A stretch of DNA of 64,000 nt. Source: an uncultured Candidatus Rokubacteria bacterium (lineage in GTDB: Bacteria; Methylomirabilota; Methylomirabilia; Rokubacteriales; CSP1-6). The stretch spans positions 160,001 to 224,000 of the forward strand of contig CAVVEU010000029.1 in assembly GCA_963747235.1 (NCBI GenBank). The letters are read 5' to 3'. The notes under the pieces were generated by a model. It was not told the origin of the DNA and ran no database searches. It was given only the letters and a program-made list of their open reading frames with translations. Position 1 is the first letter of the stretch; each line of letters starts with the position of its first letter. Below are positions 49,402 through 60,562 of this stretch, piece after piece. A program made the position numbers and the translations under genes.

Positions 49402-51327
49402 ATGCTCAAGAAGGTGATCCCGGTCGAGGACGCGATCGCGGTCCTGCACGACGGCGACGTCCTCGCCACCACCGGCTACGGCGGCCACGGGATCCCCGAG
49501 CAGCTCCTGGTCACGCTCGAGCAGCGCTTTCTCCAGACCGGTACCCCGCGCGGGCTCACCCTCGTCCACTCCACCGGCCAGGGCGACGGCGCCGACAAGG
49601 GGCTCAATCACCTGGGGCACGAGGGCCTGCTCAAGCGGGTCATCGGCGGCCACTACGGGCTCATGCCCAAGGTCGTCCAGCTCGTGCTGGCCAACAAGGT
49701 CGAAGCCTACAACCTCCCCGAAGGCGCGATCACCCACCTCTACCGCGACATCGCGGCCGGCAAGCCGGGCATGCTGTCCAAGGTGGGCCTCGGCACCTTC
49801 GTGGATCCGCGCCTCGAGGGCGGCAAGATGAACCGGGTCACGCAGGAGGACCTGGTCACGCTCATGACGGTGGGCGGCGAGGAGTACCTCTTCTACAAGG
49901 CGCTGCCGATCAACGTGGCCTTCATTCGCGGCACCACCGCCGATCCGGACGGCAACATCACGATGGAGCGCGAGGCCCTGGTCCTGGAGAACCTCGCGAT
50001 GGCGCTCGCGGCCAAGAACTCGCACGGCTACGTGATCTGCCAGGTGGAGCGGATCGCGGCGGAGGGCACGCTCGACTCCCGCCAGGTCCGCATCCCCGGA
50101 GTCCTGGTGGACGCGGTGGTGGTGGCGGAGCCGCAGCACCACATGCAGACCTGGGGCATCGCGTACAACCCCGCGCTCTCCGGCGAGGTGCGCATCCCGA
50201 CCGCGATGCTGCCGCCCCTGCCGCTGGACGACAAGAAGGTGATCGCCCGGCGCGCCGCGATGGAGCTCTTGCCGAGCAGCGTGGTCAACCTCGGACTCGG
50301 CATCCCCGACAATGTCGGCCGCGTGGCCAGCGAGGAGCGGATCTACGACCTGCTGACCCTCACCGTGGATCCGGGAGTGATGGGCGGCATTCCCGCGAGC
50401 GGCGTCGAGTTCGGGGCCGCCATCAACTGCCAGGCGGTGATCGATCACTGCTCGCAGTTCGACTTCATCGACGGGGGCGGCCTCGACGCGGCCTTCCTGG
50501 GCTTCGCGGAGTGCGACGGCACCGGCAGCGTCAACGCGAGCCGCTTCGGCGACCGCATCGCGGGCTGCGGGGGCTTCATCAACATCAGCCAGAACAGCAA
50601 GAAGGTCGTGTTCATGGGCAACTTCTCGGCGGGCGGCGCCGAGCTGGCGGTGCGCGACGGCGCGCTGCACATCGTGAAGGAAGGCCGGGTGACCAAGTTC
50701 GTGGAGCGGGTCGGCCAGATCACCTTCAGCGGCCCGCACGCGGCGGCCCGCAAGCACGCGGTGCTGTACGTGACCGAGCGCTGCGTCTTCCGGCTCACCC
50801 CGCAGGGCATGGAGCTGACCGAGGTCGCCCCCGGCATCGACGTGGAGCGCGACGTCCTGCGGCACCTGCCCTTCCGGCCCATCGTGGGCCAGCCGGCCCT
50901 GATGGCCGCCGCGATCTTCCAGCCCGGGCCGATGGGCCTGCGCGACCGGCTCCTCGACATCAACATCGACGACCGCCTCTCCTACGACGCGGCCACCAAT
51001 ACCGTGTTCCTGAACTTCTCCGGGATGCGGGTCCGGCGCGCGGAGGACATCGCCACCATCACCGCCGCGGTGGATCGCCTGCTCGGGCCGCTCGGCCGGC
51101 GCGTCAACTCGATCGTCAACTACGAGGGGTTCACGGTGGACGACGACGCGATGGCCGCCTACATGGACGCGGTGAAGTACGTCGAGCAGACCTATTACCT
51201 GAAGGTCTCCCGCTTCACCAACAGCGGCTACCTGCGGCTGAAGTTCGCCAAGGAGCTGGAGCGGCGCCAGCTCACCTCGAAGGTGTTCGAGACGCGCCAC
51301 GAGGCCGACCGCGCCCAGGACACCTGA
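49402..51327 (+). CDS. YdiF/Pct-type family I acyl-CoA transferase with C-terminal extension
   Basis: EAYNLPEG, VGLGTFVDPR, RGTTADPDGN, VNLGLGIP, GCGGFINISQ, YVTERCVF, EVAPGID; intact ORF. Confidence 0.9.
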   Translation: MLKKVIPVEDAIAVLHDGDVLATTGYGGHGIPEQLLVTLEQRFLQTGTPRGLTLVHSTGQGDGADKGLNHLGHEGLLKRVIGGHYGLMPKVVQLVLANKVEAYNLPEGAITHLYRDIAAGKPGMLSKVGLGTFVDPRLEGGKMNRVTQEDLVTLMTVGGEEYLFYKALPINVAFIRGTTADPDGNITMEREALVLENLAMALAAKNSHGYVICQVERIAAEGTLDSRQVRIPGVLVDAVVVAEPQHHMQTWGIAYNPALSGEVRIPTAMLPPLPLDDKKVIARRAAMELLPSSVVNLGLGIPDNVGRVASEERIYDLLTLTVDPGVMGGIPASGVEFGAAINCQAVIDHCSQFDFIDGGGLDAAFLGFAECDGTGSVNASRFGDRIAGCGGFINISQNSKKVVFMGNFSAGGAELAVRDGALHIVKEGRVTKFVERVGQITFSGPHAAARKHAVLYVTERCVFRLTPQGMELTEVAPGIDVERDVLRHLPFRPIVGQPALMAAAIFQPGPMGLRDRLLDINIDDRLSYDAATNTVFLNFSGMRVRRAEDIATITAAVDRLLGPLGRRVNSIVNYEGFTVDDDAMAAYMDAVKYVEQTYYLKVSRFTNSGYLRLKFAKELERRQLTSKVFETRHEADRAQDT

Positions 51328-51342
51328 GGTATCCTTGAGGTC

Positions 51343-53417
51343 ATGAGCGAGACCCGGATCGAGACCGTCCCGTCGGTGTGCCCGCACGACTGCACCAGCA
51401 CCTGCGCGCTGGAGGTCGAGCGCCTCGATCTCCACACCATCGGCCGCGTGCGCGGCTCGCACCGCAACACCTACACGCGCGGGGTGATCTGCGAGAAGGT
51501 CGGCCGCTACGCCGAGCGCGTGCACCATCCGGACCGCCTGCTGCACCCGCTGCGGCGCGTGGGCCCGAAGGGCTCGGGCCGCTTCGAGCGCATCGCGTGG
51601 GAGGACGCGCTCGACCTGGTCGCGGAGAGCTTCACGCGCCAGGCCGCCCGCCTCGGGCTCGAGACGGTGTGGCCGTACTACTACGCGGGCACCATGGGCC
51701 TGGTGCAGCGCGACGGCATCAACCGGCTGACGCACGCCATGGGCTACTCGCGCTACTTCTCGACGATCTGCGTGACCCTGGCCGACACCGGCTGGGCCGC
51801 CGGCGTCGGGGCCAAGCGCGGGGTGGACCTGCGCGAGATCGGCGAGCACTCGGACCTGGTCGTGATCTGGGGCGGCAACCCGGTCAACACCCAGGTCAAC
51901 GTGATGAGCCACGCCATGCAGGCCAAGCGGCGCGGCGCGACGTTCGTGGTGGTGGACCCGTACCGCACCGACACCGCGGCGAAGGCCGATCTGCACCTGG
52001 CCCCGCGGCCCGGCACCGACGGCGCGCTCGCCTGCGCGATCATGCACGTGCTCTTCGCCGAGGGCCTGGCCGACTGGGACTACCTGCGCGCCTACACCGA
52101 CTGCCCCGACGAGCTGGCCGCCCACGTGGCCACGCGGCACGCCCGGGTGGGCGGCGGCCATCACCGGCCTCTCGGTGGATCAGATCGTGGACTTCGCCCG
52201 GCTCTACGGGCGGACCCAGAAGAGCTTCATCCGCTGCCACCACGGCTTCAGCCGCTCGCGCAACGGCGCGGTCAACATGCACGCGGTGACCTGCCTGCCC
52301 GCGATCACCGGCGCGTGGCGCCACAAGGGCGGCGGCGCCGTCTACGGCCAGACCGCGCTCTATCCCCTCGACCGCACCCTGATCGAGGGGCGCGACGTGG
52401 TGGACAAGTCGATCCGCGCGCTCGACCAGTCCCGTCTCGGCCAGATCCTCACCGGCGACCGCGAAGCACTCCAGGGCGGCCCGCCGGTCACCGCGATGCT
52501 CGTGCAGAACACCAATCCCGCGATGGTGTGCCCGGAGCTCAACCTGGTGCACCAGGGCCTGGCCCGCGAGGATCTCTTCCTCTGCGTGCACGAGCAGTTC
52601 CTGACCGAGACCGCGGCCTTCGCGGACGTGGTCCTGCCCGCGACCATGTTCGTCGAGCACGACGACTTCTACACCGCGAGCGGGCACACCTACTTCCAGG
52701 TCACGAAGAAGGTGATCGAGCCGCCGGGCGAGTGCCGCGAGAACCACTGGGTGATCGGCGAGCTGGCCAAGCGCCTCGGCGCGACGCACCGGGGCTTCCA
52801 GATGACGCCCTGGGAGATCATGGACGAGACGCTGCGCAAGTCCGGCATGTGGGACGCGGAGACCAACTGGCGGCGGGGCGGCCAGGACTTCGCGCCCGCG
52901 TTCGAGACCGCGCACTTCCTCGACGGCTTCCCGACCCCGGACCGGCGCTTCCACTTCAAGCCCGACTGGGCGCGCTTCGGCGGCCGCGGGGCCGAGATGC
53001 CCGACGCTGCCCGATCACTTCGCGGTGACCGACGAGGCCACCGCGGAGAAGCCCTTCCGGCTGGTGGCCGCGCCCGCGCGCACGTTCCTCAACTCCACGT
53101 TCACCGAGACGCCCTCGTCCCTGGCCCGCGAGAAGCGCCCGACCGCGCTGCTGCATCCGGATGACTGCGCGGCCCTCGGCGCGGTGGCCGGCACCCCGGT
53201 CCAGCTCGGCAACGAGCGGGGCGAGGTCATCGCCCACGCCGAGCCCCGGGAGGGCCAGCCGCGCGGCGTGGTCATCGTCGAGGGCGTGTGGCCGAACAAG
53301 CACTTCGTCAACCGGCTCGGCATCAATGCGCTGACCAGCGCCGAGCCCGGGTATCCCAACGGCGGTGCCGTCTTCCACGACACCGCGGTGTGGATCCGCC
53401 TCGCGCCGCCTGCCTAG
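51343..53417 (+). CDS. Molybdopterin (bis-MGD) oxidoreductase with N-terminal 4Fe-4S motif (frameshifts ~52140, ~53005)
   Basis: CPHDCTSTC..ICEK, HPDRLLHPL, IWGGNP, PRPGTDGALA, TETAAFADVVLPAT, FLNSTF; no Tat signal. Confidence 0.88.
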
Positions 53418-53420
53418 GAG

Positions 53421-53441
53421 CGGACGGCTACAGACCGTCCG
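53421..53441. terminator. Hairpin between convergent genes
   Basis: CGGACGG-N7-CCGTCCG; no U-tract. Confidence 0.35.
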
Positions 53442-54817
53442 TCGCGCGGCGATGAGCCGGGTTCCCCTCGCCCGCGGATGTAGCACGTCGATCGCCCAGC
53501 GCACGTCCAGCCGCTCCCCGAACCACTGGGCGAGCCCCGTGCGCGGATGAAGCGTGAGCCCCTGCGCGGCGTTCTGCGCCCGGATCGCTCCCGCCGGATC
53601 GACCGGCACCGCCGGCGGCGCCGGCACGTCGGGCAGCGGTCGGCCATCCGGCCGCCGGAACTGGAGCGCGCCGTCGGGTAGTCGCTCGAGCTGGTAGCCC
53701 TCCTCGTGCACCGCCCGGTGATGCCGGCGGCAGAGCAACGCGAGGTTCGACAGCTTGGTCGGGCCCCCGTGGGCCCAATGGCGCACGTGATGCCCCTCGG
53801 CGATCCGGACATTGCAGCCCGGGAAGCGGCAGGTCTTGTCCCGATGCTGCAGCGCCCGCCGCAGCGCCGGCGGGATCGTGCGCGTGCGGGCGCCGACTTC
53901 CACCACCCGCCCGTCCGCGTCGTGCCGCATCACCACCCGGCTCGCGTCGCACGCCAGCCGCTGCGACGTTCCCGCGGGAACGTGCGCGCCGTCCTCCAGC
54001 ACCGACTGCCCGGGCTGGGCCGCGTCCGCCAGGACCGCGGCGTCCACGTGGACCACCACCTGATAGCGTTCCCCCGGGGCCCCGGGATCGAGCTCGTGAT
54101 GCAGCGCGGTCTCCGCCAGCAGGGCCAGCGCGTCCGCCTGCTGCTGCGGCCGGGTCGGGGTCTCCGACGGCCGGGTCGGTGGCCGGGACGGCGGCCTCGC
54201 TCGCCCGGCGCCGCTGGTACAGCGTCTCGCGGGCCGCGTCGAGGGCTCGCAGGAGCAGCGCGCCGACCTCCGGGGTCAGGCGCCCGCGGAGCACGACGGT
54301 GCCGTCCTCATCCTGGTGGACGTGCAGGGCGCGGCCCGCGTGCTGCCGCGTGGCCTGCCGCGCGTCCGCCTGTTGGTCCAGGCGGCGCCAGCCCCGGACG
54401 ATGCTCTCCACGTGGACCGCCGTGCCGGCGCGCCCCACCCGAGCAGGCGCACCTCGGTCTCCGGGGTCGCGATGCGGGTCAAGGCGCGGACCTTGGCGTA
54501 GGAGAGCTCGCCGCGCGCCAGGGCGTCAGCCAGGGCCGGCAGCGTCCCGAGGGCGCGGGCCACCCGGACATGCTCGCGGGCGGCGCCCAGGGCGAGGCCG
54601 ACGCGCCAGGCGAGCCACTCGGCGCAGGAGCGGAAGCCGTTGGCCCAGCCGCCGCGGGCGTCGAACTCGCGGATCAGCGCCGAGCAGGCGGGCCGTCGCG
54701 GCCTCGAGGTGGACGGCGAGCTCGGCGATCTCGTCACCCAGGCGATCGAGCTCCGCGATACGGGGCCGGCGTGAGGCTGCCGGATGACGGGAACGTCCGA
54801 CGGGTACGTGGGAACAT
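53428..54817 (-). CDS. DUF222 domain + HNH endonuclease (frameshifts; 3' end uncertain)
   Basis: LIREFDARGGW..SCAEWLAWR..AREHVRVARAL..LSYAKVRALTR; QQQADAL; RLACDA; RDKTCRFPGC..HHVRHWAHGGPTKLSNLALLCRRHHRAVHE; RBS and TAGAGT upstream. Confidence 0.88.
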
Positions 54818-55043
54818 GGCGAGTCTCCCTTCTTGCTGACACGACTCTAACCCCCGATTTCGAAGATGCCTGCGGGCGCCCACGTCGCGCGAACGCGGAG
54901 CAAGCCATGAACGGCCGTCCCCCGCGACGCGATCGCGCGGCCTGCGACGGATGCAACTTGCTGGGCCGGTATTCCGCCGGCACGCTCAGGCGCACGCCGG
55001 GATCCTCCACGGAACCTGTCAAGCTGAAAGTGCAAAGGACATA

Positions 55044-55073
55044 TTGACTTGAGCCGCACCGCCCGGCTATAAC
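55044..55073 (+). promoter_or_regulatory. sigma70-like promoter TTGACT-N18-TATAAC
   Basis: Near-consensus hexamers upstream of the ABC operon in a GC-rich background. Confidence 0.65.
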
Positions 55074-55138
55074 CGCCCCCACTACCTTCACGCCGCGACA
55101 GGGTTGACGCGGCGGGCGGACGGGCGGGGAGGCTCGGT

Positions 55139-56011
55139 CTGGACACGATCCTGCAGCTGGCCCTCAACGGGCTGGCGGTCGGCTGCATCTACGGGCTGGT
55201 CGCGCTCGGCTTCGTCCTCATCTACAAGGCCACCGAGCTGGTCAACTTCGCCCAGGGCGATCTCCTCATGCTGGGCGCCTTCACCTGCTACATGCTGGTG
55301 GTCTGGTACGGCATGCCCTACTGGCCGGCCTTCGCGCTGGCGGTGGTCGCGGTCGCCCTGTTCGGCGCGGCGCTCGACGCCACCGTGCTGAGACGCGTCA
55401 TCGGCCAGCCCCAGTTCGCGGTGGTCATGCTGACGATCGGGCTCGGCGCGATGTTCCGCAGCTTCGCCTCCATCACCTGGGGCTCCGAGATCTACTCGCT
55501 GCCGACCCCGTTCAGCGCCAAGACCTCGCGGGTGGGCGCGGTCACGGTGAGCCACGAGTACGTGGCCATCATCGTGGGCACCGTGCTGCTCTGCGCGGTG
55601 CTCTACGCCTTCTTCACCTACTCGCGCGTCGGGGTGGCCATGCAGGCCGCCTCGCAGAACCAGCTCGCCGCCTACTACATGGGCATCCCGGTGAAGCGGA
55701 TGTTCTCGCTGATCTGGGCCATCTCGGCGGGCGTGGCCGCGATCGCGGGCGTGCTGCTGGCCCCGGTGTCGCTGATCGACATCAACCTGGGCTTCATCGG
55801 CCTCAAGGCCTTCGCGGCGGCGGTGCTGGGCGGCTTCGGCTCCATCCCCGGCGCGCTGGTGGGCGGCATCACCATCGGGCTCATCGAGCTCTTCTCCGGG
55901 GCCTACCTGCCGCTGGGCGTGAAGGACGTGGCCGCCTACGTGGTGCTGCTGCTCGTGCTGGCCATCCGGCCCCAGGGCATGTTCGGGACCGTCGGGCGCA
56001 AGAAGGTCTAG
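55139..56011 (+). CDS. Branched-chain amino acid-type ABC permease (LivH-like); start approximate
   Basis: NGLAVGCIYGLVALGFVLIYKATELVNFAQG, KAFAAAVLGGFGSIPGA, IRPQGMFG. Confidence 0.9.
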   Translation: MDTILQLALNGLAVGCIYGLVALGFVLIYKATELVNFAQGDLLMLGAFTCYMLVVWYGMPYWPAFALAVVAVALFGAALDATVLRRVIGQPQFAVVMLTIGLGAMFRSFASITWGSEIYSLPTPFSAKTSRVGAVTVSHEYVAIIVGTVLLCAVLYAFFTYSRVGVAMQAASQNQLAAYYMGIPVKRMFSLIWAISAGVAAIAGVLLAPVSLIDINLGFIGLKAFAAAVLGGFGSIPGALVGGITIGLIELFSGAYLPLGVKDVAAYVVLLLVLAIRPQGMFGTVGRKKV

Positions 56012-56018
56012 CCCGCGC

Positions 56019-57162
56019 ATGCGCTTCGCGTTCAAGACGGCCTACGAGCACGACCTGGGCCTGTTCCGCGATCCGGTGCAGCGCCGCTGGTACGCGGTCC
56101 TGCTCGCGGGCGTGATCCTGCTGCCGCTGGCGGTGCCCGCCTACCTGTCGGACCTGAGCATGGTCTTCATCTACGGACTCTGCGGCCTCTCGCTGATGGT
56201 GCTGGCCGGCTACACCGGCCTGGTCAGCCTGGGCCACGCCGCCTTCCTCGGCATCGGCGCCTACGCCCACGTGTACTTCACGCAGGACCTGGGGCTGCCC
56301 TGGATCGTCGGGGTGGCGCTGGCCACGGTGGCGGCGGCCGCCGCCGGCGTGCTGGTGGGCCTGCCCGCGCTCCGCATGACCGGCGTCTACCTCACGATCG
56401 CCACGCTGGCCTTCGCGCTGATCATTCAAGAGGTCTTCACCCGGTGGGAGCGGCGTCACGCACGGCCTGAAGGGCCGCCCGGTGGACAAGCCGGTGATCT
56501 TCGGCGTGTCGTTCGCCTCCGACTGGGCGTTCTACTTCCTGTGCCTGGCCGTGCTCATCGCCGGCCTCTGGCTCACCGCCAACCTGCTGCGCTCGCCCAC
56601 CGGCCGGGCCTGGGTCGCGATCCGCGACAGCGAGATCGCCGCGCAGTCCATGGGCGTGCACCTGGCGCGCTACAAGACGCTGGCCTTCGCCTACTCGGCC
56701 GGGCTCATGGGCGCGGCGGGCGCGCTCTTCGCCCACAAGATCGGGTTCCTGGCTCCCGACATCTTCACCGTGCTCCTGTCCATCCAGTTCCTGCTGATGG
56801 TCGTGGTGGGCGGCCTCGGGAGCCTGCACGGCGCGCTCTACGGCGCGGTCTTCGTGGCGCTGCTGCCCGTGCTGATCTCGGAGGCGCGCGATCACGTGCC
56901 CGCCTGGGCCGGCCACGCCGCGGCCGCGCTGGGCAAGGGCGTCGGCGACACGGTCTACCTCTCGCTCGATCGCTTCGTGAAGCAGCCCGGCCTCGAGCCC
57001 GGCATCTTCGGGCTGATCCTGGTGCTCTTCATCCTGTTCGAGCCGCTCGGCATCTACGGGCGCTGGCGGAAGATCTGGCTCTACTTCTCCACGTTCCCCC
57101 TCTACAAGACGGCCACCTTCCGGCGGCAGAAGACCTACATGCGGTCGGAGCGCCTGCGGTGA
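56019..57162 (+). CDS. LivM-like ABC permease (frameshift ~56455)
   Basis: GYTGLVSLGHAAF, GVYLTIATLAF, GRAWVAIRDSE, VVGGLGSLHG, FEPLG. Confidence 0.9.
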
Positions 57163-57920
57163 CGGCCCTCTTCGCGGCCGACGAGCTGGTCGTGAACTTC
57201 GGGGGCATCCGCGCGGTGGACGGGGTCAGCTTCGAGGTGGAGGCGGGCCAGGTCTTCACCATCATCGGGCCCAACGGGGCGGGCAAGACCACCATCTTCA
57301 ACCTGATCTCGCGGATCTACGATCCGACCCAGGGACGGCTGCGGTTCCGCGGGGAGGACATCACGAGCGTGCCGCCCCACGAGATCGCCCGCCGCGGCAT
57401 CGCGCGCACGTTCCAGAACATCGAGCTGTTCGAGCACGCCACCGTGCTGCAGAACCTGCTGCTGGGCCGCCACGCGCATGCCGAGCGGCGGTTCGCGCAG
57501 GAGCTCCTGTTCCTGCCCCGCGTGCGCGCCCGCGAGCGCGCGCATCGCGAGGCGGCCGAGAAGGTGATCGACTTCCTCGATCTGCAGGCCTATCGCGACA
57601 GCTTCGTGGTCAACCTCCCCTACGGCGTCCGCAAGGTGGTCGAGATGGGCCGGGCCCTCTGCACGGAGCCCGCGATGCTGCTGCTCGACGAGCCCTCGTC
57701 GGGGCTGAGCGTGGAGGAGACCGCGGACATGGCGTTCTGGATCCAGGACATCCGCGCCCTGCTCGGCATCACCGTGCTCATGGTCGAGCACGACATGAGC
57801 CTGGTCAGCGCGGTCTCGGACCGGGTGCTCGCGCTCAACTACGGCCGGGTGCTGGCGTGCGGGACGGCCCGGGAAGTCCAGGAGCATCCCGAAGTGATCA
57901 AGGCGTACCTCGGAGGCTGA
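57159..57920 (+). CDS. LivG-like ABC ATPase
   Basis: GPNGAGKT, RTFQN, LPYG, LLLDEP, VEHDM, VIKAYLG. Confidence 0.92.
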   Translation: MTALFAADELVVNFGGIRAVDGVSFEVEAGQVFTIIGPNGAGKTTIFNLISRIYDPTQGRLRFRGEDITSVPPHEIARRGIARTFQNIELFEHATVLQNLLLGRHAHAERRFAQELLFLPRVRARERAHREAAEKVIDFLDLQAYRDSFVVNLPYGVRKVVEMGRALCTEPAMLLLDEPSSGLSVEETADMAFWIQDIRALLGITVLMVEHDMSLVSAVSDRVLALNYGRVLACGTAREVQEHPEVIKAYLGG

Positions 57921-57923
57921 GCG

Positions 57924-58687
<764 letters not shown>

Positions 58688-58697
<10 letters not shown>

Positions 58698-60562
58698 CGA
58701 CCCGCCACGCCCCCGCCCCCACCGAGGCCGGCCGCCCGGTCACGGTGCACGGCCAGGACACCCTGCCGAAGCTCTTCCGCCACGTGGTGCGGGAGCGCGG
58801 CGACCGCGTGGCGATGCGCGAGAAGCACCTCGGGATCTGGCGCGCCATCTCGTGGCGCGAGTACGGGCAGCAGGCGCGCCGCGTGGGGCTCGGGCTGGTC
58901 GCGCTGGGGCTCCGGCCCGGCGACGTGGTCTCGATCATGGCGGACAACTGCCCGGAGTGGCTCTACACCGATCTCGGCATCATGTCGGTGGCGGCCGTCC
59001 CGAACGGCATCTACACCACCGACTCCGCCCGCCAGGTCGAGTACATCGTCAACGATAGCGGCACCCGCTTCCTCTTCGTGGAGAACGAGGAGCAGCTCGA
59101 CAAGGCGCTGGAGGTCCGCGGGCGCTGCCCGGACCTGGTGAAGATCTTCGTCTTCGACATGGAGGGGCTGCACGCCTTCCAGGACGACCAGGTGATGACC
59201 TTCGACGGCGCTCCTCGAGCTGGGCGCCACGTACGATCGCGAGCACCCCGAGGCCTACGACCGGCTCGTCGAGATCCCCCGCCCCGAGGACCTGGCCATC
59301 CTGGTCTACACCTCCGGCACCACCGGGCCCCCCAAGGGCGCGATGCTGAGCCACCGCAACATCCTGTTCCAGCTCGAGTACGCCGACTTCATCACCCCGC
59401 TGCGCGAGGGCGACCAGCAGCTCTCCTTCCTGCCCCTCTGCCACGTGGCCGAGCGGACGTTCACGGTGTTCAACCCGCTCTACCACGGGGCCACCGTGAA
59501 CTTCGCGGAGAGCATCGACACGGTGCCCGAGAACATCCGCGAAGTCGCGCCCGCCCTGTTCTTCGCGGTGCCGCGGATCTGGGAGAAGTTCTACTCGGGC
59601 GTGGCGCTGCGCATGCGGGACGCCACCTGGCTCGGCCGCTTCGCCTACGACCGGGCGATCCGCATCGGGCTGCGCCTGGCCGCGTGCCGGATCGAGGGGC
59701 GCCGGCCGTCCTGGGCCCTGCGGGCCGCGTTCCGGATCGCCGACTTCCTCGTGCTCGACAACGTCAAGCGCTCGATCGGGCTGCACCGGGCCCGCGGCGT
59801 CGCCACCGGCGCGGCCCCGATCGCGCCCGGACCTGATCCGCTGGTACCTGGCGCTCGGGCTCGACATGTACGAGGTCTACGGCCAGACCGAGAACACCGG
59901 CCTCGCCACCGCGATGCCGCCCAACCGCATCAAGCTCGGCACGGTCGGCGTGGCCCGGCCGGAGACCGAGGTGCGCCTGTCGCCGGCGGGCGAAATACTG
60001 TTGAGGGGCCCGCACGTGTTCCTGGGCTACTACGGCAAGCCCGACAAGACCGCGGAGACCGTCGTGGACGGGTGGCTGCACACCGGCGACGTGGGCACCA
60101 TCGACGCGGACGGCTTCGTCCGCATCACCGACCGCATGAAGGACATCATCATCACCGCGGGCGGCAAGAACGTCACCCCGTCCGAGATCGAGAACCAGCT
60201 CAAGTTCTCGCCCTACATCTCGGACGCGGTGGTGATCGGGGACCAGCGCAAGTTCCTCTCCTGCCTCGTCATGATCGACCACGAGACGGTGGCCCAGTTC
60301 GCCCAGGAGCGGAACGTGCCGTTCAGCAACTTCGCCTCCCTGTGCCGGGCCCCCGAGGTACAGGACGCTCATCGGGAGCGAGATCGAGCGCGTGAACCGG
60401 GAGCTCGCGCGGGTGGAGACCATCAAGGCGTTCCGGTTGATCGAGCAGCTCCTCACCGCCGAGGACGAGGAGCTGACGCCGACCATGAAGCTGAAGCGCA
60501 CCTTCGTCAACGTGAAGTACAAGAATCTGATCGACGGCATGTACGAAAGGAGCAACGGATGA
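58688..60562 (+). CDS. Long-chain fatty acid--CoA ligase-like AMP-binding enzyme (frameshifts ~59210, ~59830, ~60365)
   Basis: YTSGTTGPPKG, FLPLCHVAER, VPRIWEK, YGQTE, GWLHTGD, DRMKDIIITAGGKN, LTPTMKLKR. Confidence 0.9.

Noticed and set aside
48574-52164. 1196-aa antisense ORF and many similar long shadow ORFs
   Set aside because: Expected in high-GC DNA opposite real genes; they have no recognisable motifs.
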